DNA of 64,000 nt from Trichinella spiralis (Eukaryota): positions 2,469,434 to 2,533,433 of the forward strand of contig NW_003526944.1 in the NCBI RefSeq assembly GCF_000181795.1. Direction: 5' to 3'. Positions within the stretch are counted from its first letter, which is position 1. The number at the start of each line of letters is the position of its first letter. The notes beneath the pieces are model-generated. The model saw only the letters and a program-made list of their open reading frames with translations, was not told the DNA's origin and did no database searches. A program made the position numbers and the translations under genes. Below, piece by piece: positions 12,022 to 25,376 of this stretch.

Positions 12022-14887
12022 ATGTCTACCGACGCCGAAAAACCCGAACTTGGGCGCATTCCGAAGTTTGCTTGTACGCTAATAAACTGATCTTTCGCTT
12101 TGTTGAAATTTTATTTTTCAGTAAGAGATGATAGAAGCATTACAGTTTATGCTGGTGTTTCAAACCCGGTTCAGGTTTTCAATTTTGAATGGTACTTTTT
12201 ATTAGTAAAAGAAATTTTTTTAACGTTGAATTTCACAAATTTCAATTCAGCCGTGCCTGTACCGGTGGAGCAACGTTGACATTCAGCAATGATGGGAAAT
12301 ACTTTGCTTTCTGTGATGAAAAGTGATTTTTATATGTTTTAATTTTATTCAATCAAACTACGAATATCTTTGTTTTAGAATTTTCGTCTACAAATGTTCA
12401 AAGTGGAGACTGCATGCTGCTTTTGACGAAAATGAAGCGACGAATTTGTTCTTTTCGCCGAAGAATTCAGTTTTATGTACTTTCAAGCCTTATTCAACCG
12501 CTGTTGGTGTTACATCTGTGGAAAGTAACCTGAAATTGTGGTCCATGTTTACTGGAGAATTGTTGTGCGAATGGGTGCAAAAGAATATCGTTAGCTGGTA
12601 TTTATTTTGTTTGTTAGCTTTCTTGTTTCGTAGATGTGCTTGCATTTTACTGACAAATTTATAATAAACAATTGTCGGGATTAAACTGTAGCTATTTGAC
12701 AGTTTAATTTAAAAGGTGTTTATTTTAGGCGACCAATGTGGACAGCCGACGAGTCAATAGTTTTGCGTCTTGTGGGATCGGAATTGTGGTTTATTGCACC
12801 TGAGAACCTGAGTTAAACTTGTACAAGCGTTTTTTTTCGTGAAAAAAATTAATAATTTATTTCAGATCGATATGTGCAGAAGTTAACTTTGCCCAAGTTG
12901 ACCAGTTTCAGTTTATCTCCTGGCTCAGCTCCATTTCACGTGGCCGTCTACACGGCATCGTCGAGTGTATGTTGATGAAATTTTTTGTAATATTTTCCAT
13001 TCTTGCTCAGTGCTTGCTAATTTGCAGGAGAAGATGGCATCGGCTCGATTGTACAGATTTAGCTTGAAGGCGCCAATTGATATTGTTGCGTGCAAAAATT
13101 TTCAAGCCGATCGGGTCGACTTTCATTGGAACAAGAATGGTATTCAGATTTTTTTTTTCTATTTTGTTGTTACCTTTGAGTTTGTTTTGAAAAAGTTTCA
13201 ATTCAGTATATTAATTTTTCTTTTTATAAATCATGAACAAAGTTTTTTTGCTTATATTTCTTTTTTTTTGATTTTATATTTCCGCAAGAATTGTGTTCAA
13301 TTTAAAAATTTAAATATTTATGAATAGTTATGGTTCACGTTGTTTTTTTTTCTTTAGGAACCGCAGTTCTGGTTATGGCAATATTGGATGTAGATCCACA
13401 GAACAAATCTTATTACGGCTGTGAAAATTTGCACCTCATGACAACGTACGGCGAAGCGTGCAACGTGCCGCTGGATCGAGAAGGACCCATCCACAGTGTT
13501 GATTGGCATCCTGGTTCAAAGCTGTTTTGCGTTGTCTACGGGTGTATGCGGAGTTTGTAGTCGATTTGAAATTGTTGTTGAAAATTTTTATTTCCAACAG
13601 ATATCCCATCCAAAGCAGCATTGTTTGATTTGAAGGCGAATCGTGTTTTCGATTTTGGTTGTGAACCGCGCAACGAAGTGCACTTCAATCGATTTGGAAA
13701 TTATATCCTTTCATTGGAATAATTTTTGTTCTATTATAATTAAGTTTATTATTTGTGAAATTTCATTTCCTTAACGTTAGATTTTTGTTGTTTTACTGAT
13801 GTTCCTTTGCGGTTTTGGAAGCATCAGTGGTAACATCGAATGTTGGTCGATGAAAGATAGAAAAAAAATTTCCGAATTTGTCGCCGAAGATACGACATTT
13901 TTTGAAATTTCTCCCGACGGCATTCACTTCATCACCGCTACCACGTCTCCACGTCTGCGCGTTAGCAACGGGTAATTAATTAATTAATTATATGTGTTTG
14001 TGTTGATTGTTTATTTGTTAATTATTAAATTTTCAAGTTTGAAAATTTGGCACTGTTCGGGAAAGGTGATTCACGAGATCAACTGCATCGATGAAACTCT
14101 TCTTTGGCAAGTAATTTGGAGTTCTGAAGGGAAGGACAAATTTCCAAAACCAGTGATCGATTTGTCCAGCTTCCAAGGCGCCAAAGCGGGTAATTGTTGT
14201 TGTGTAAATTTTTGATTAATTGCAATTTTATGATAATTTTGTAAGTCCAACAAAGCGCTTACGTTCCACCACATCTGCGCGGCACGATCAAAGCCGAACC
14301 GGCCAAATCGTCACTCGGTGAAGTGGATTCTCGATTCAACGGAGACGAATCGGGTAAATTTTGAAATTTTTTTTCTCTCTTTTTGAAGCAGCATAACAGC
14401 AGCTTTTTTTCAGCTTCGAAAAAGAGGAAAAACGTTGGTTTTAGAAAGGTAAAAATGATAATTATAAAAAATTATTTTTTTTGTTTATCAATGAAAATTT
14501 GTTAGGACCATCACGGTAATTTGGGAAAACTTTTGAACACTGACAACACGAAAGCGACAGACAGAGGTGAAAGAATGAAAAAAATTCGTTCTTTGCAAAC
14601 AGTAGGATAGTTTTCTTTTTGATATGCAAAATTTCGTTCAGTAATTAACTCGAATCTCATTTCGAATGTTCAGAAATTGAGGCAGATTAAAATTTTGAAA
14701 GACAAACAAAGTCAAGGTTGCAAATTGGAATTGAATCAGGTATTGTTTGATTTTTTTTGTCTGTTTTGATAATGGCTGCTGATTTGTTGTTTTTTTTTCT
14801 GAATTTCAGATTGAAAAAATTAACAGAGAAGAAGAAATCCAAGCTCAACTTGAACAACTCACGATCACTGGTGAAGATCATGGCTGA
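12022..14887 (+). CDS. EIF2A: Eukaryotic translation initiation factor 2A (WD40 beta-propeller), multi-exon
   Basis: Motifs FQADRVDFHWNKNG, DVDPQNKSYYG, LDREGPIHSVDWHP..FCVVYG, PSKAALFD, GCEPRN, LCGFG, ATTSPRLRVSNG, AYVPPHLR and a C-terminal coiled coil (KLRQIKILKDKQSQG..LELNQIEKI). Confidence 0.95.
13703..13796 (+). other. U12-type (minor spliceosome) AT-AC intron in eIF2A
   Basis: 5' site ATATCCTTT at 13703, branch site TTCCTTAAC at 13767-13775, 3' end TTTTAC at 13796. Excision gives in-frame FNRFGN-L-MFLCGFGSISG, colinear with the eIF2A motif (human-type YSPHGHILVLAGFG). Confidence 0.92.
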
Positions 14888-14980
14888 TGGAATATGTGGA
14901 AAATAAATTATTATTCTTTTTTTTTAATTTAAATATATTTTCATTTTATTTTGACAAACAAACAAGAAGAGTAATATATA

Positions 14981-15011
<31 letters not shown>

Positions 15012-15837
15012 GTCATCCGAAGAAGAATGTTGAGTTGATTGGACATCTTAAAAAGAAAAAAGAAACATCTTTGAACTCCACAATTTTGCGTGTCTTTTCT
15101 TTTTCTCATTTGTTTATTTGTTTACATGTTGATAGGTGGAGCCACCCGTTTGAAAGTAAAAGAGCATTTGAGGAAAAATTTCAATTTTTGTCTTTTTCAT
15201 TTTCTGCGGAAAAATTTTTCTTCCATTTTATATACAGGAGAAAGAGAACGACCGAGACAGAAAAACCGGTTTTCTTCGCAATTGTGATCAACCGACCGAA
15301 AACTGAGCCGAACTGTTCACAGTTGGTCGATTCACTTTTTCTTTTCCACCAAATTTAACCAACTAACTTGAGGATCATATTTTGAATTTTTTTTTGAAAA
15401 TTATTCATTTCCATCTAGCCAACCGGAAGTCCATACGCTTTTGATGATGAGTATTTGTCGGACAAATTTGCATACTGCAGAAAAAAAATTGATCAACTCG
15501 TGTCCAAATTGGTTACTGTAAAAAGTTTGATGCGTGGCGCATCCCGCTTTGTTGCGGTTGATCTTTTATCGTAACTACGATGATTTTGAGGGTAAGTTGG
15601 TCGAGTGAATTTTTTACGAATGTGAAATGTGATTTCTTTTTTTCATTAAAATTTTTCCATTTTTAATTAACGACAATAAATCACAGTGTTGTAGTATCGG
15701 TTAATTTCGAACAAAACTTGCCACATAATTCAACAATAATTTCAATTGATTAGCCCATAGCAAATAATAATAATAATAATAATAGAATCAAAACAGAATA
15801 ACAGAAATCAATAAAATAGGCAAGTTTTTGGAAAGTT

Positions 15838-18383
15838 TCAAAGTTTGACAAAGTGAGAATGGCCATTTTTGTCGGTGTTGTAGTGGTGATGTTCTGCTTC
15901 GCCGGTGCAAAAGTTGGTTGGAGATTTGTGATTTTCCCGAGAAAAGCGTCCAGCTTGCCAAGCCACTAGAACCAAAAGCATCGTGACGAACAAAACGGGC
16001 GTGGCGACGATCGCCGTGAACTGCCACCACTGCATACAGATTTGGTTCGAAACGGATTCGCTTTTCACTGACGGTAGTACGGTTGAGGTTGAAGCTGAAA
16101 AAGAAATATGCAAATTTTTGTCGTAGAATTGTCGAGAAAGAAAAAAAAATTGTTTGCAACGCAACCAACCTTTGCCGTCGTCGACGACAATGTAGCGGCT
16201 CAGTTGGATGTGCCTCAAGTCGTCGCTTTGCAAATGATCCTGCTGCTGTTCTTCTTCGTCGGTTTCTTCTTCATCATTCACTAGGGCATTTCTCTTTCGT
16301 CGTCGTCCAGTAGAGAAACACTGCGCATAAAAAATGAACAATGGCCAAGTGGAGGAAAATTTTAAAAAATAACTGAAAAATATTCCAAAATTTACATTTC
16401 TCTTCGGCTTGCATTCGACTTGATTGCCGACGCATGCCAACAGCGAACAGTGGATGTAGAGATTTCTGCCGTGATTGGTGAAGTGGAAAGCTTGGAAATT
16501 TAGCTGGTAGCTGGTGCCGTTTTCGTTTCGTTCCATCGGCGGCACGATCGCTTTTACCACTGGATTTCGTTTGTTGAAACATCTGAAATTTTTTTTGTTC
16601 TATTTAGAAAAAACGACAAAAAAGAATCTCGACTTTACCCATTTTTTACGAATATCAAATTGTAACTGTCGTTCAGAGCTTTCACGTCCGACACGTCGAA
16701 TGCGGAAAAATAGCACATTTGTGGCAATATTTGTTTGACTGAAAAAAAAATTGATCGACAAGTTATCTTCAAGTATTACTGTAAATTATGTATATTTTTC
16801 GGTTCGGTTCAAATTCATTTTACATGTTCTAGTTTCGTTGACGGCGATGACCAGTTTCACTTCGTCGCCAAGTTTGACGTTGCTGTTACGCAGCGGTTGG
16901 CCATTTTCGTCGTAAAAATCCAACATTACAGTATTTTTGGCGTCGGCTTCGCCTTTCACGTCCACGTCCTCGTTCACCGTACCACCGTAACGCAGTTTTT
17001 CCCTGCAACATCCCGTCTGGTAAGTTTTCAATTTTATTTTTACAACACTCCCCCCCCCTCAACTTACTGGCTAATTTCCCCTTTGAATGTTGTCAACGAC
17101 GCGTCCACTTTGGTCTTGTAAAGGCAAATCAACGAATCGCCGATTGTATAATTGACTTTGTCTATCAGCAATAGGATTGTCTTGGCCGACGCAACCCAGG
17201 CCGGAGTCTGTAGTAATGACGATGATGATAATGTGGAAAATTTTTTTCATTTTTATCCCATTTATCATTGTCAACTTACAATATCGAATCGAGGCTCCAC
17301 ACCGCACAAGTATCGATCATCGTAGGGAATTAGGAACCGATAGCCGGGGCCGACGTCTTCTCTGTTTACACTGTTGCACTGCGGATGGCCTTCGACTTCC
17401 AATCGCCAATTGCCTTTTATCGGATTCGGCAGGCTACTTTTCAACTGAACTTCCATTCCATTTGCCAAACAAGTGACCGATTCCACTTTAATGAATTTAA
17501 ATTTTAAAAATAAAATCAACTGAGAAAATGTTAAAATTACCGAAATTTTTCGAGTCCGATTCTACAGTATCCTCCGCATGACTTGACTGAAACGATGACG
17601 TGTCAAAATTGAAAACAAAAGTCGGGAAATGTTTTTCTTTTTCTCTCTTTTCAACTTACCACTTGAGCTGTCGTTTCGAATTTTCTCACTGTTGAATTGA
17701 TCTCGAGCACATTCTAAAGGTTGAAGCAATTTTTAGCAAAGGAATATTTTAATAATCAGTTTGTTGTTGTTGTTGTTTCAAAATTATCATACGTACATCA
17801 GTTTCTTGTGCAGTCGCATTGACAGTGATATAAGTGGACATGCTGGGTGATTCGGTTGATTTTTGAGGCTGCAAAATGGATACGGAAATGCTTTTTTGTT
17901 TCGCATGCACAAAATTTGCATTGAAAATGAAGAAAAGGAACAAAAAATTGTGACTTTTCAAAACTTGATGTCTACCTCAACAGTGGTATTTGCATTTGTT
18001 GGACTGTCATCAATTGCAGTGGGTTCGGTGCTGTGATCGACAGTTGTTGTATCGTCAGTGTTGGATTCCTGACAATTTTGCTCATTCAAATTTTCATTCA
18101 TTTTTAACAACTGCTTATTCAAGTGCAAACAAAGCATGCATTAATTATTACAACAATCTACCTCAACGTTCGCTGTAGTCGTTTCGGTCGTGTCAGAAAC
18201 GTGCGTCTGGGCAATTGGAAAATTTGAATATCATTACATACAGTGAGTGAGTGAATACATACATTTGCATACCTGCTGTTGTGTTGTGATTGCTTGTTCA
18301 GTGCTGTTGTCTGTGGTTGCAAAATTCAAGCTTACCGTTGAAAGCAGAACGACGATAAAGCAGACCAAACGACTGGGATGCAT
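15838..18383 (-). CDS. Zona pellucida (ZP)-domain type I membrane protein (cuticlin/apical ECM type) with a Thr-rich N-terminus
   Basis: Signal peptide MHPSRLVCFIVVLLSTVSLNFA (ATG at 18383), several short Thr/Asp-rich exons, ZP-N (VTCLANGMEV..LCGV), ZP-C (FQAFHF..LYIHCSLLAC), furin site RRRKR, a TM segment (FTAIVATPVLFVTMLLVLVAW) and a short tail. Confidence 0.85.
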
Positions 18384-19471
18384 TTTGTCGATTCAAACTG
18401 GCTGACAAGCGATGACGACTACAATCCCGACTTGTCTGAAATGATAAGAAAAAACTGAACACTTTTTTTTCTCTCACACCAAAATGCACAACGACCGACG
18501 ACTACTATTATCACTACTACACGATGGGATACAAGTCAAAAAGAATAGATGATACAAGATGAAAAGAACAAAAAAACCGATGATAATCAACTAGTAAGTT
18601 GACCACCTAGGGATGATGAATGAAAATACGACTAGACAATTGTGAGGAAAAAAACAAGTGACCCTAGAAGTCGCCAGAGCGTGAGAGATGGAACAATGCA
18701 ACGACAGGCTGAAACATGCGGTGGAGATTGAAAGCCGACCGATTGGACACACTGAGAATGTCATAATTGGACCAGGTATAGGGCCGGCAAATTAGCGGTC
18801 ATTGACGGTCTGCGTAGACAATGGACGGGCCGGTCATTTGGCGGACAGAGCCGATGCAATACAATTTCAGCCGACCCGAACCTGGATCCGTCTGCTTGGG
18901 ACTTGAATGGATTTGATGAGCAGCTGCGCAGCGTCCACACGGCCAGGATGTGGAACCACAAATTCGTATACGACTGGCCAATGCGCAATTGCTTTATGGC
19001 ACCTTCCAGCGGCATCTACAAAAGCACCATTCCAGGTCGGCCGGACGACGCCGCTCTTAATCTCTCCCTCTTAATTGCTAAAGTCAACATGCACTTGTAG
19101 TGTATGAGAAGAAGTGTTGTTGAATTACTTGGAAATGGCAATGGATATGAGCCAGGCGAGAAGATGTGGCTGATTTTGAACGAGCTGAACGTTTTACAAT
19201 AATTATTTATTTTTGTTGAAACAATGAGAAATGATTGTCAAGAAAAGATTTAAAAATCCGATTTGGAGCAGGTGTTGAAAGATTTATTATTCGAGGATAA
19301 TGGTTATGATAATTTGAATGAAAGGAAACAGATTCGTGCAAATTTAGAAGAGAAGGTAAATTACGAATATGAACGAATGGACACAACACAAAAAGAATAA
19401 CCTGGATGTAGTAGTATAATATATGCATAGATGGAGAGACAGAGAGAGAGCGAGAGAGAGAGAGAGAATGA

Positions 19472-19650
19472 TTTATAGCCGCCGCACATAGTACGCCTGC
19501 TTTAACGAATAGGCGAAATCGGCGTTCACATTTCGGTCGCCAATGAGCTAAAGCGTTATGCAAATACTGCAGAGCGAACGGCATTATCGACTAATTAGTG
19601 CCGTGCCATCCATTGGAGCAGCTGACTCATTTGTTGCATCAGTGACTCAT
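19472..19650 (-). promoter_or_regulatory. Probable promoter of the ZP gene: TATAAA, CCAAT, octamer and two TGACTCA sites
   Basis: Minus-strand TATAAA at 19477-19472, followed by (TC)n and a possible non-coding exon ending CCAG|GTTATT near 19402. ATGCAAAT at 19558-19565; TGACTCAT at 19623 and 19643. Confidence 0.4.
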
Positions 19651-20353
19651 TCCGGAACTAGGGATAAAATTTAAATACAATCATGCTGAATGAAAGCGAT
19701 GACAAAGTGAAAAAAAGAATGCATCCGCATTCTTTGATTCATACATTGACATTTTCTGTTCTTACTGCACATATTTACTATTCGGCTATGGAAAAACGGG
19801 GGGAAAAGATAAATACGTATTGAGAAGCTTCAATGGCTAATAGGGTTTTTTGCTTATGCATGTGTTTGATTTTTTTTCTTCTTTTCAACAGAACAAGTGA
19901 AAACACAAAATTCTATTGTTACACTGTCACTATCACAGACGGAAACATCACAACAACTTTATAATACTGGGAAGAGTGTTTTTTTGATTTTTTAAACAAC
20001 TCCATTTACTATTCACTATATATGCAGGATGAGACATTTTATTTTATTTTATTTATTTATTTGTGACTAATCCACAATCATCGCATGTCGCGAATGATGT
20101 GTATGTGTAATAGTAGTTTGTGTATTTTTTTTCAACGATGATTAACTGCTTGACTGTATGATTAACTGTATTGAAGAACAATGATGAATGTGATGGAGAA
20201 TTTTTATTTGAGATTAATTTTTGACATTTTCTTGAATTGATGTGGCATTTTGCTTACATGTACGGATAAAACTTCCAATTATTAATTTCTATGTATTGTA
20301 ATTATTCAACGAACAATTCCACATTCATTGATGGATGATCCATTTTCTTCTGT

Positions 20354-22227
20354 TCATTCCATGTGCACTTGAACTTTATGCCAGCTGTTGTTAACCAAGC
20401 CACGAATATTCCAAATACTGTTTGGGCTTTCAGGCTGGCAATTGTGCGACGAATCAGTAGCTTTGCACAGCAAAGTGATCGGTCCTGAATTTTCTTCAAC
20501 TGGCACTTCACACGTCCAGAGGGTCCATGCGAATCTTGCATTTCGACGTTCGTGGATGTGCAAGTGCAAATCTGCCGAATGCCAAGTGTTTCCGTTGTCT
20601 GCGGACACTTCGACTCGCAGTATATCCCGTCCCCCTCCACTCCAGGCGTAGCCTTTCACTGCAATCGTTTTGGTCCCTGAAAGTGGAGAAAAAAATCAAG
20701 TTGAAAATTATTCACCATGTAATATATTTCAGCATGCTGACCACGTGGAAAAGAACTGTTTTCAGCAGGGCTGCAAATTGCCGATTGAACAGGCAGTTCT
20801 TGGATTGCTTGAACTGTACTGAAATTTGCCGTCGGCCAATCTGTGCTCGGGTTGAACGTTTTGTAGTCGCTCTGCTGCCATTGACTGGGGCTTTCATCTT
20901 TGGACAGCACAATTGAGGCGAGCCATTTCACAGATCTAGCACCGACCACACCTACACAAAGGAAAAAAAGTGGAAGAAACAAGAAAGATGGAAGCATTTC
21001 CATTATTTGAATTGTTTCCCCTATCTACCTGGAACAACAACTCGAACTGGAAAGCCGTGTTCAACTGGGATCGGCTTGTCGTTCATCGAATAGGCAAGAA
21101 TCACTTGGTTGCCAGGTTTCATTGCCACGTCGATTGGTATAGAAGCGCCGTACGGTTCTCCGGTGCCGTTGTCGTCCAGGCCAGTAAATTGGACATGTTC
21201 AGCGCCATTTTCGACGATACTCTGAAAGCCGGCTTCTTTGAGCACGTCGACCAGCAGGGCGCCGGTCCATTTGGCGTTGCCAATTGCACCCGGACCCCAT
21301 TGCAAGCCTCGAACTGGCTTGACTGCGTTGAAATCTTGCCGACGATTTCCGGCGCATTGCAGCGTTACCACTACGCTTACAGGTTGGAATTTGGTTTTCA
21401 AATCTTCCAAAGTGAATTCTCGCTCTTCCAAACCAACACCACTCACTTTCAACCTTGATTAGTGGGAGAATATTGTAAAATTTTTGAATATCCACTGAAA
21501 CAATGGAAACAAAAACTTACTTGTAATTGTGTTCGTCGACCGTTGGAATGGCGTGGTGATTTCTTTTGAAAAACAATTCATTTGGTGTATAGAACGATTC
21601 GACCAGTTCACCGATGCCGGTCTCGGCATTCAACGGTTGAACTGACTTCACGTTCATGCTTGGGTGCAATTTGGGCGTGTAGCCAGGTTTCACTTCTTCT
21701 GCAACTGTATTGCAGTCGTGAATTGCGTCTTCGACGTCATCCGGATGCAAATTGCCAATGCGCATCTCTTCGAGCATCGAATATACGTCTTCTTGCTTGT
21801 GAAAATTGTACCGTTGCCAGTGTGGTTCCAATGGACCTCCGACCGCTTGCATGATGATCTTGCCGCCCGGATGTACGTCGACAAATTCCGTGATATCATA
21901 AACACCACCTCGAAACGTTACCCAAAGTTTTCGGTCTTTTTCGTTGTGCAATTTCACCTCTTCTGCGCGAAAAGTCGGCAGATCTTTTCGAAACGGCGGT
22001 CGCCACGAATCGTCTTCCTCCTCTTGCCCACTGGCATAGGTGTGAAAAGCGATCGAGCCCAACGTCAACACCGCCGACGGATATATCCACACACTGGCTC
22101 GCAGCCAGCAAATTTCAGGCAACTTCAGGCTTTGTCTCGAGTGGAACTGAGCAATTGTCGCCGTTTTTGTAATCTGATACAGCCGGGTGCTTTTTGAAAA
22201 TTCTTTCAACAAGGCTATTATTCGCAT
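20354..22227 (-). CDS. SUOX: Sulfite oxidase, mitochondrial
   Basis: Basic presequence, cytochrome b5 domain (WVTFRGGVYDITEFVDVHPGG), Moco domain (TPNELFFKRNH, LQCAGNRR, GAIGNAKWTG, HGFPVRVVVPG, GARSVKWL) and dimerisation domain (KGYAWSGGGR, QPE..IWNIRGLVNNSWH). A TTACAG acceptor lies 1 nt before the ATG. Confidence 0.97.
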
Positions 22228-23489
22228 TCTGTAAGGTAAAAAACATCAATTTAATCAAAACAATCTCTTCATTTTTTTCTATCTTTGCTCATTCGAACAT
22301 GGTATTGTTTAATTATTGTCTGATGTTGGTTTCTTTTTTCAACTATCCCATCCCATTCCATCAGAGAACTGTATTGTGGAAAATTATTTTTTAGAACAAA
22401 ATCTGCCAAAAATAGTTAAAATGACACATTTCAGCACGAGTATAAACTTTGCAAACCATTTTTTTGCATTTTCATTACCAGTTTATTCGCACTTGCAGAT
22501 CAAGATATCTACAGTACTCTAGTATTTGTTTTTTCATTACATTGAAACTGTTGATGTAAAATTGAAAATTTACACGCTATAAAAAAAGTGCAGTTGAAAT
22601 GCAAGTGGTTGTATTATTTGGTATTGTGTGAGTTTTTTTTTAAATAGGTTAATATTAATTAGAAATTTGTATTTGTCATCGTCAATACAGGTAGACATGT
22701 AAAAGTGGTATAGAAAAGCAGTGAAAATTGGTGAACTTGAACTTGTTTTAAACAACGCTAACTGTAAACGTTTAGACGCAATCTCGTATTTTATTTAATT
22801 GTGTTTTTTAAGTTGTTGAGTTGAACAAAGTGATAAACGATGATTAGTTGCGTGTGTGTTGATGAAAAAGAAAAAGATGTTCATATTTACCTGGAGATCA
22901 ACTGGAAATTTGAACAAACGGTGTAGGTAAATTGGTCGTGACAAGGGGACAATTGAAATGCATATATTTCTTAGAACAGGTCGAACTTGAGATGATTAAA
23001 ACGAGAACAGCTGGTGAACTATTTCGAGCCGGTAATCAGGGCTTCGGTGGAAATTGAACAATGAAATTGTCGAGTAGTACGTTTGAAAAACACGGTGAAC
23101 GACAAAAATCCAGCAGACACTTTGGCTCCAAAGCGACAGAAGAATGAAATTTTACAAAAAAATGAATGCAAAATAGTTGGCTGTGTCAACAGCGGTGGAA
23201 GAATGAAAAGTTCACCACGCCGACTGTACCTGCAAGTCAGAATTTTTCTCCGTGCAAACAGTACGGCATTCTGTATTACGGCCAGGTGGTGGTAGTGTTG
23301 GACGAGACGTTACTGGGCGTGTCGTTGTATTCGAATGCGACACTGGTGCGTTTGAATTTGTCGGCGGCGACGTAACGTAGCAACGAACGTGCTTTTGTTG
23401 TATTTCTTACCGGTGGGGTGTGTGCGATGTGTTGTTGAAGTGGATTTGGAATTTCTTTTTTCACGTACACACAAGTGAACGTGTATGAG

Positions 23490-25091
23490 ATGCGTTGCAA
23501 CGACGACGACGACGACTACGGCATTGTTGCTGGATGTGGGCGAACAGTGTCGACTAATGTCGTCGTTGATCATCCGAACGAAGATGTTGTGGAAATGTTG
23601 AATGCAAATTCAATGGAACAGTGGAAAAAGGATCCCAGTGCAGGTGACGTGGCTGAAATCGAAGTCACCGTTCAAAATGTCAATCCACTGGCCGCATCTT
23701 CGGAACAGCAGGATGTTTCGAATCGACCAACGACGACGACCATTGGAACACCATTGGGTAGAGTTATTGTTGTTGTTATTCAAAAATTGGAAAATATATT
23801 TGGTAAAAATTAAAAAAAGAAAAATATTTTTAAAAATTATAATTTAGAAAATGGCATTACAATTGTCGTCGTTATGCCTTTGAAACTAACTTGCAAAATG
23901 TTGTCGTTTACCAAATTCGATCCCAACCACGTACCACGAGCGATACTCAGCAGCAAATTATCCGTACGAATTTTTCAATTTTTAATATTATTGATAAATG
24001 AAGATTGTTTTCTCTTCTTCTTTGTTCTATTCTATTAGATTACTGTTGAAGATTATGTGACCGCTATGGAATTGTTGACGAACGATTTTCGTTTTCGTCT
24101 GTACACAGTATTTCATCAGAGAATCATTTTCGCCTGGTTAATTGCCAGCTTGATAGTGATGTTTTGTGTTCTTTTTTCCAACGCTCGAGGTCTGGTGTTG
24201 TTCGCATTGTCTCTCGGCTGGTCGTCTGTAATTGGACTTGGCACGTTGCTTTGTGTAATTTTTGAACGAATGGTAATGGGAAATAATTAATTGTCCATTG
24301 TGAAATATGAATGATTTATTTGCAATATTAATTAATTTTCCATTCGTTCATCTCACCATTTTTTTTGAAATGTTCTTGTTTCAGCTTGACCAAAGTCTCA
24401 GTGCTTGTGTGGCGACGGTGAACAGATTTCTCGTACGGCACAATTTGCTGCTTTGTGTTGACGATCGTGGCAAATTTTCCTGTCACAAAATAGCTATTGT
24501 ATTTTTGTATTTCAACTTGGACCAATGCATTGTAATTTTAGTTTTGAATTAATTTTCATAATTGAAAATTTTTTTCTGGTATCTTTAACTCCTCCATTTC
24601 AGTTGGAAGTTGCGAAAAATGTTGAAAAGCTCGGCTTGAAATTGCACCGTCGACAACATCATTTACCCATTCCAACAACGCCAAGCGTCTCGTCGCAGGT
24701 CGACATTGTCGCCGCACCGACCACTGCTCAGAACAAAGTTTGTTAACAAATAATTAATAATTTTGGTCATTTTTAATTTTGACATTACAATGTTCTCTTC
24801 TTCTTTTTTGATATTTTTTCATTTTCAATCAATTTTGAGGAAAATGCAAAAAGATTAATATTGCAGCACACGCAGCGGTATTGTCGTGATTTGATCAGGC
24901 AGGGGATCAATTTGCCGGTCGTCAGGTTTCAAGACCAAACCGACGACATGTCCATTACGGTGAAGCATTGTAAATTTGCATTGTGTCTGTGTCAGTATTT
25001 GGAAAAGTGTCATTTTCAAAAGCGTCGTCGTTCGTTGTTCTGTTGGTCTCTGTGTGGTATTTCAACGTTTTTCTTGTTATTCTGCTCTTGA
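23490..25091 (+). CDS. TMEM268: TMEM268 (C9orf91)-like two-pass membrane protein
   Basis: ITVEDY..NDFRFRLY, two hydrophobic segments, then VATVNRFLVRHNLLLCVDDRG..IVFLYFNLDQC and C-terminal HCKFALCLCQYLE, matching the TMEM268 pattern as recalled. Confidence 0.7.
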
Positions 25092-25376
25092 TTGTGACGT
25101 AATAGAAATTATACTATTATTATTATTATTATCATGCGTATGATAATTGGTTCTCTTTGTTCGTTTTGTTCAATTGAATCCAAATCAGTAAACTCTGATC
25201 AATAATTGTTGAAGCTTGCGATCGGATTTCGCTAACAACGTTGTTGTATGTACACTTTCTTTTCGTTCAAAACGAAAATATTTTAATTACATTTTGTGGA
25301 AATATTTGTTTCGAAATTTTATTCTTTTTATTTTTTTTTACAATTTACAGTTTTGTTTGTTAATTTTCAAAAAGTC

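Noticed and set aside
17749..17961. ORF with an apparent signal peptide (MKSHNFLFLFFIF)
   Set aside because: Starts at TTG inside a ZP-gene intron; the real signal peptide starts at 18383.
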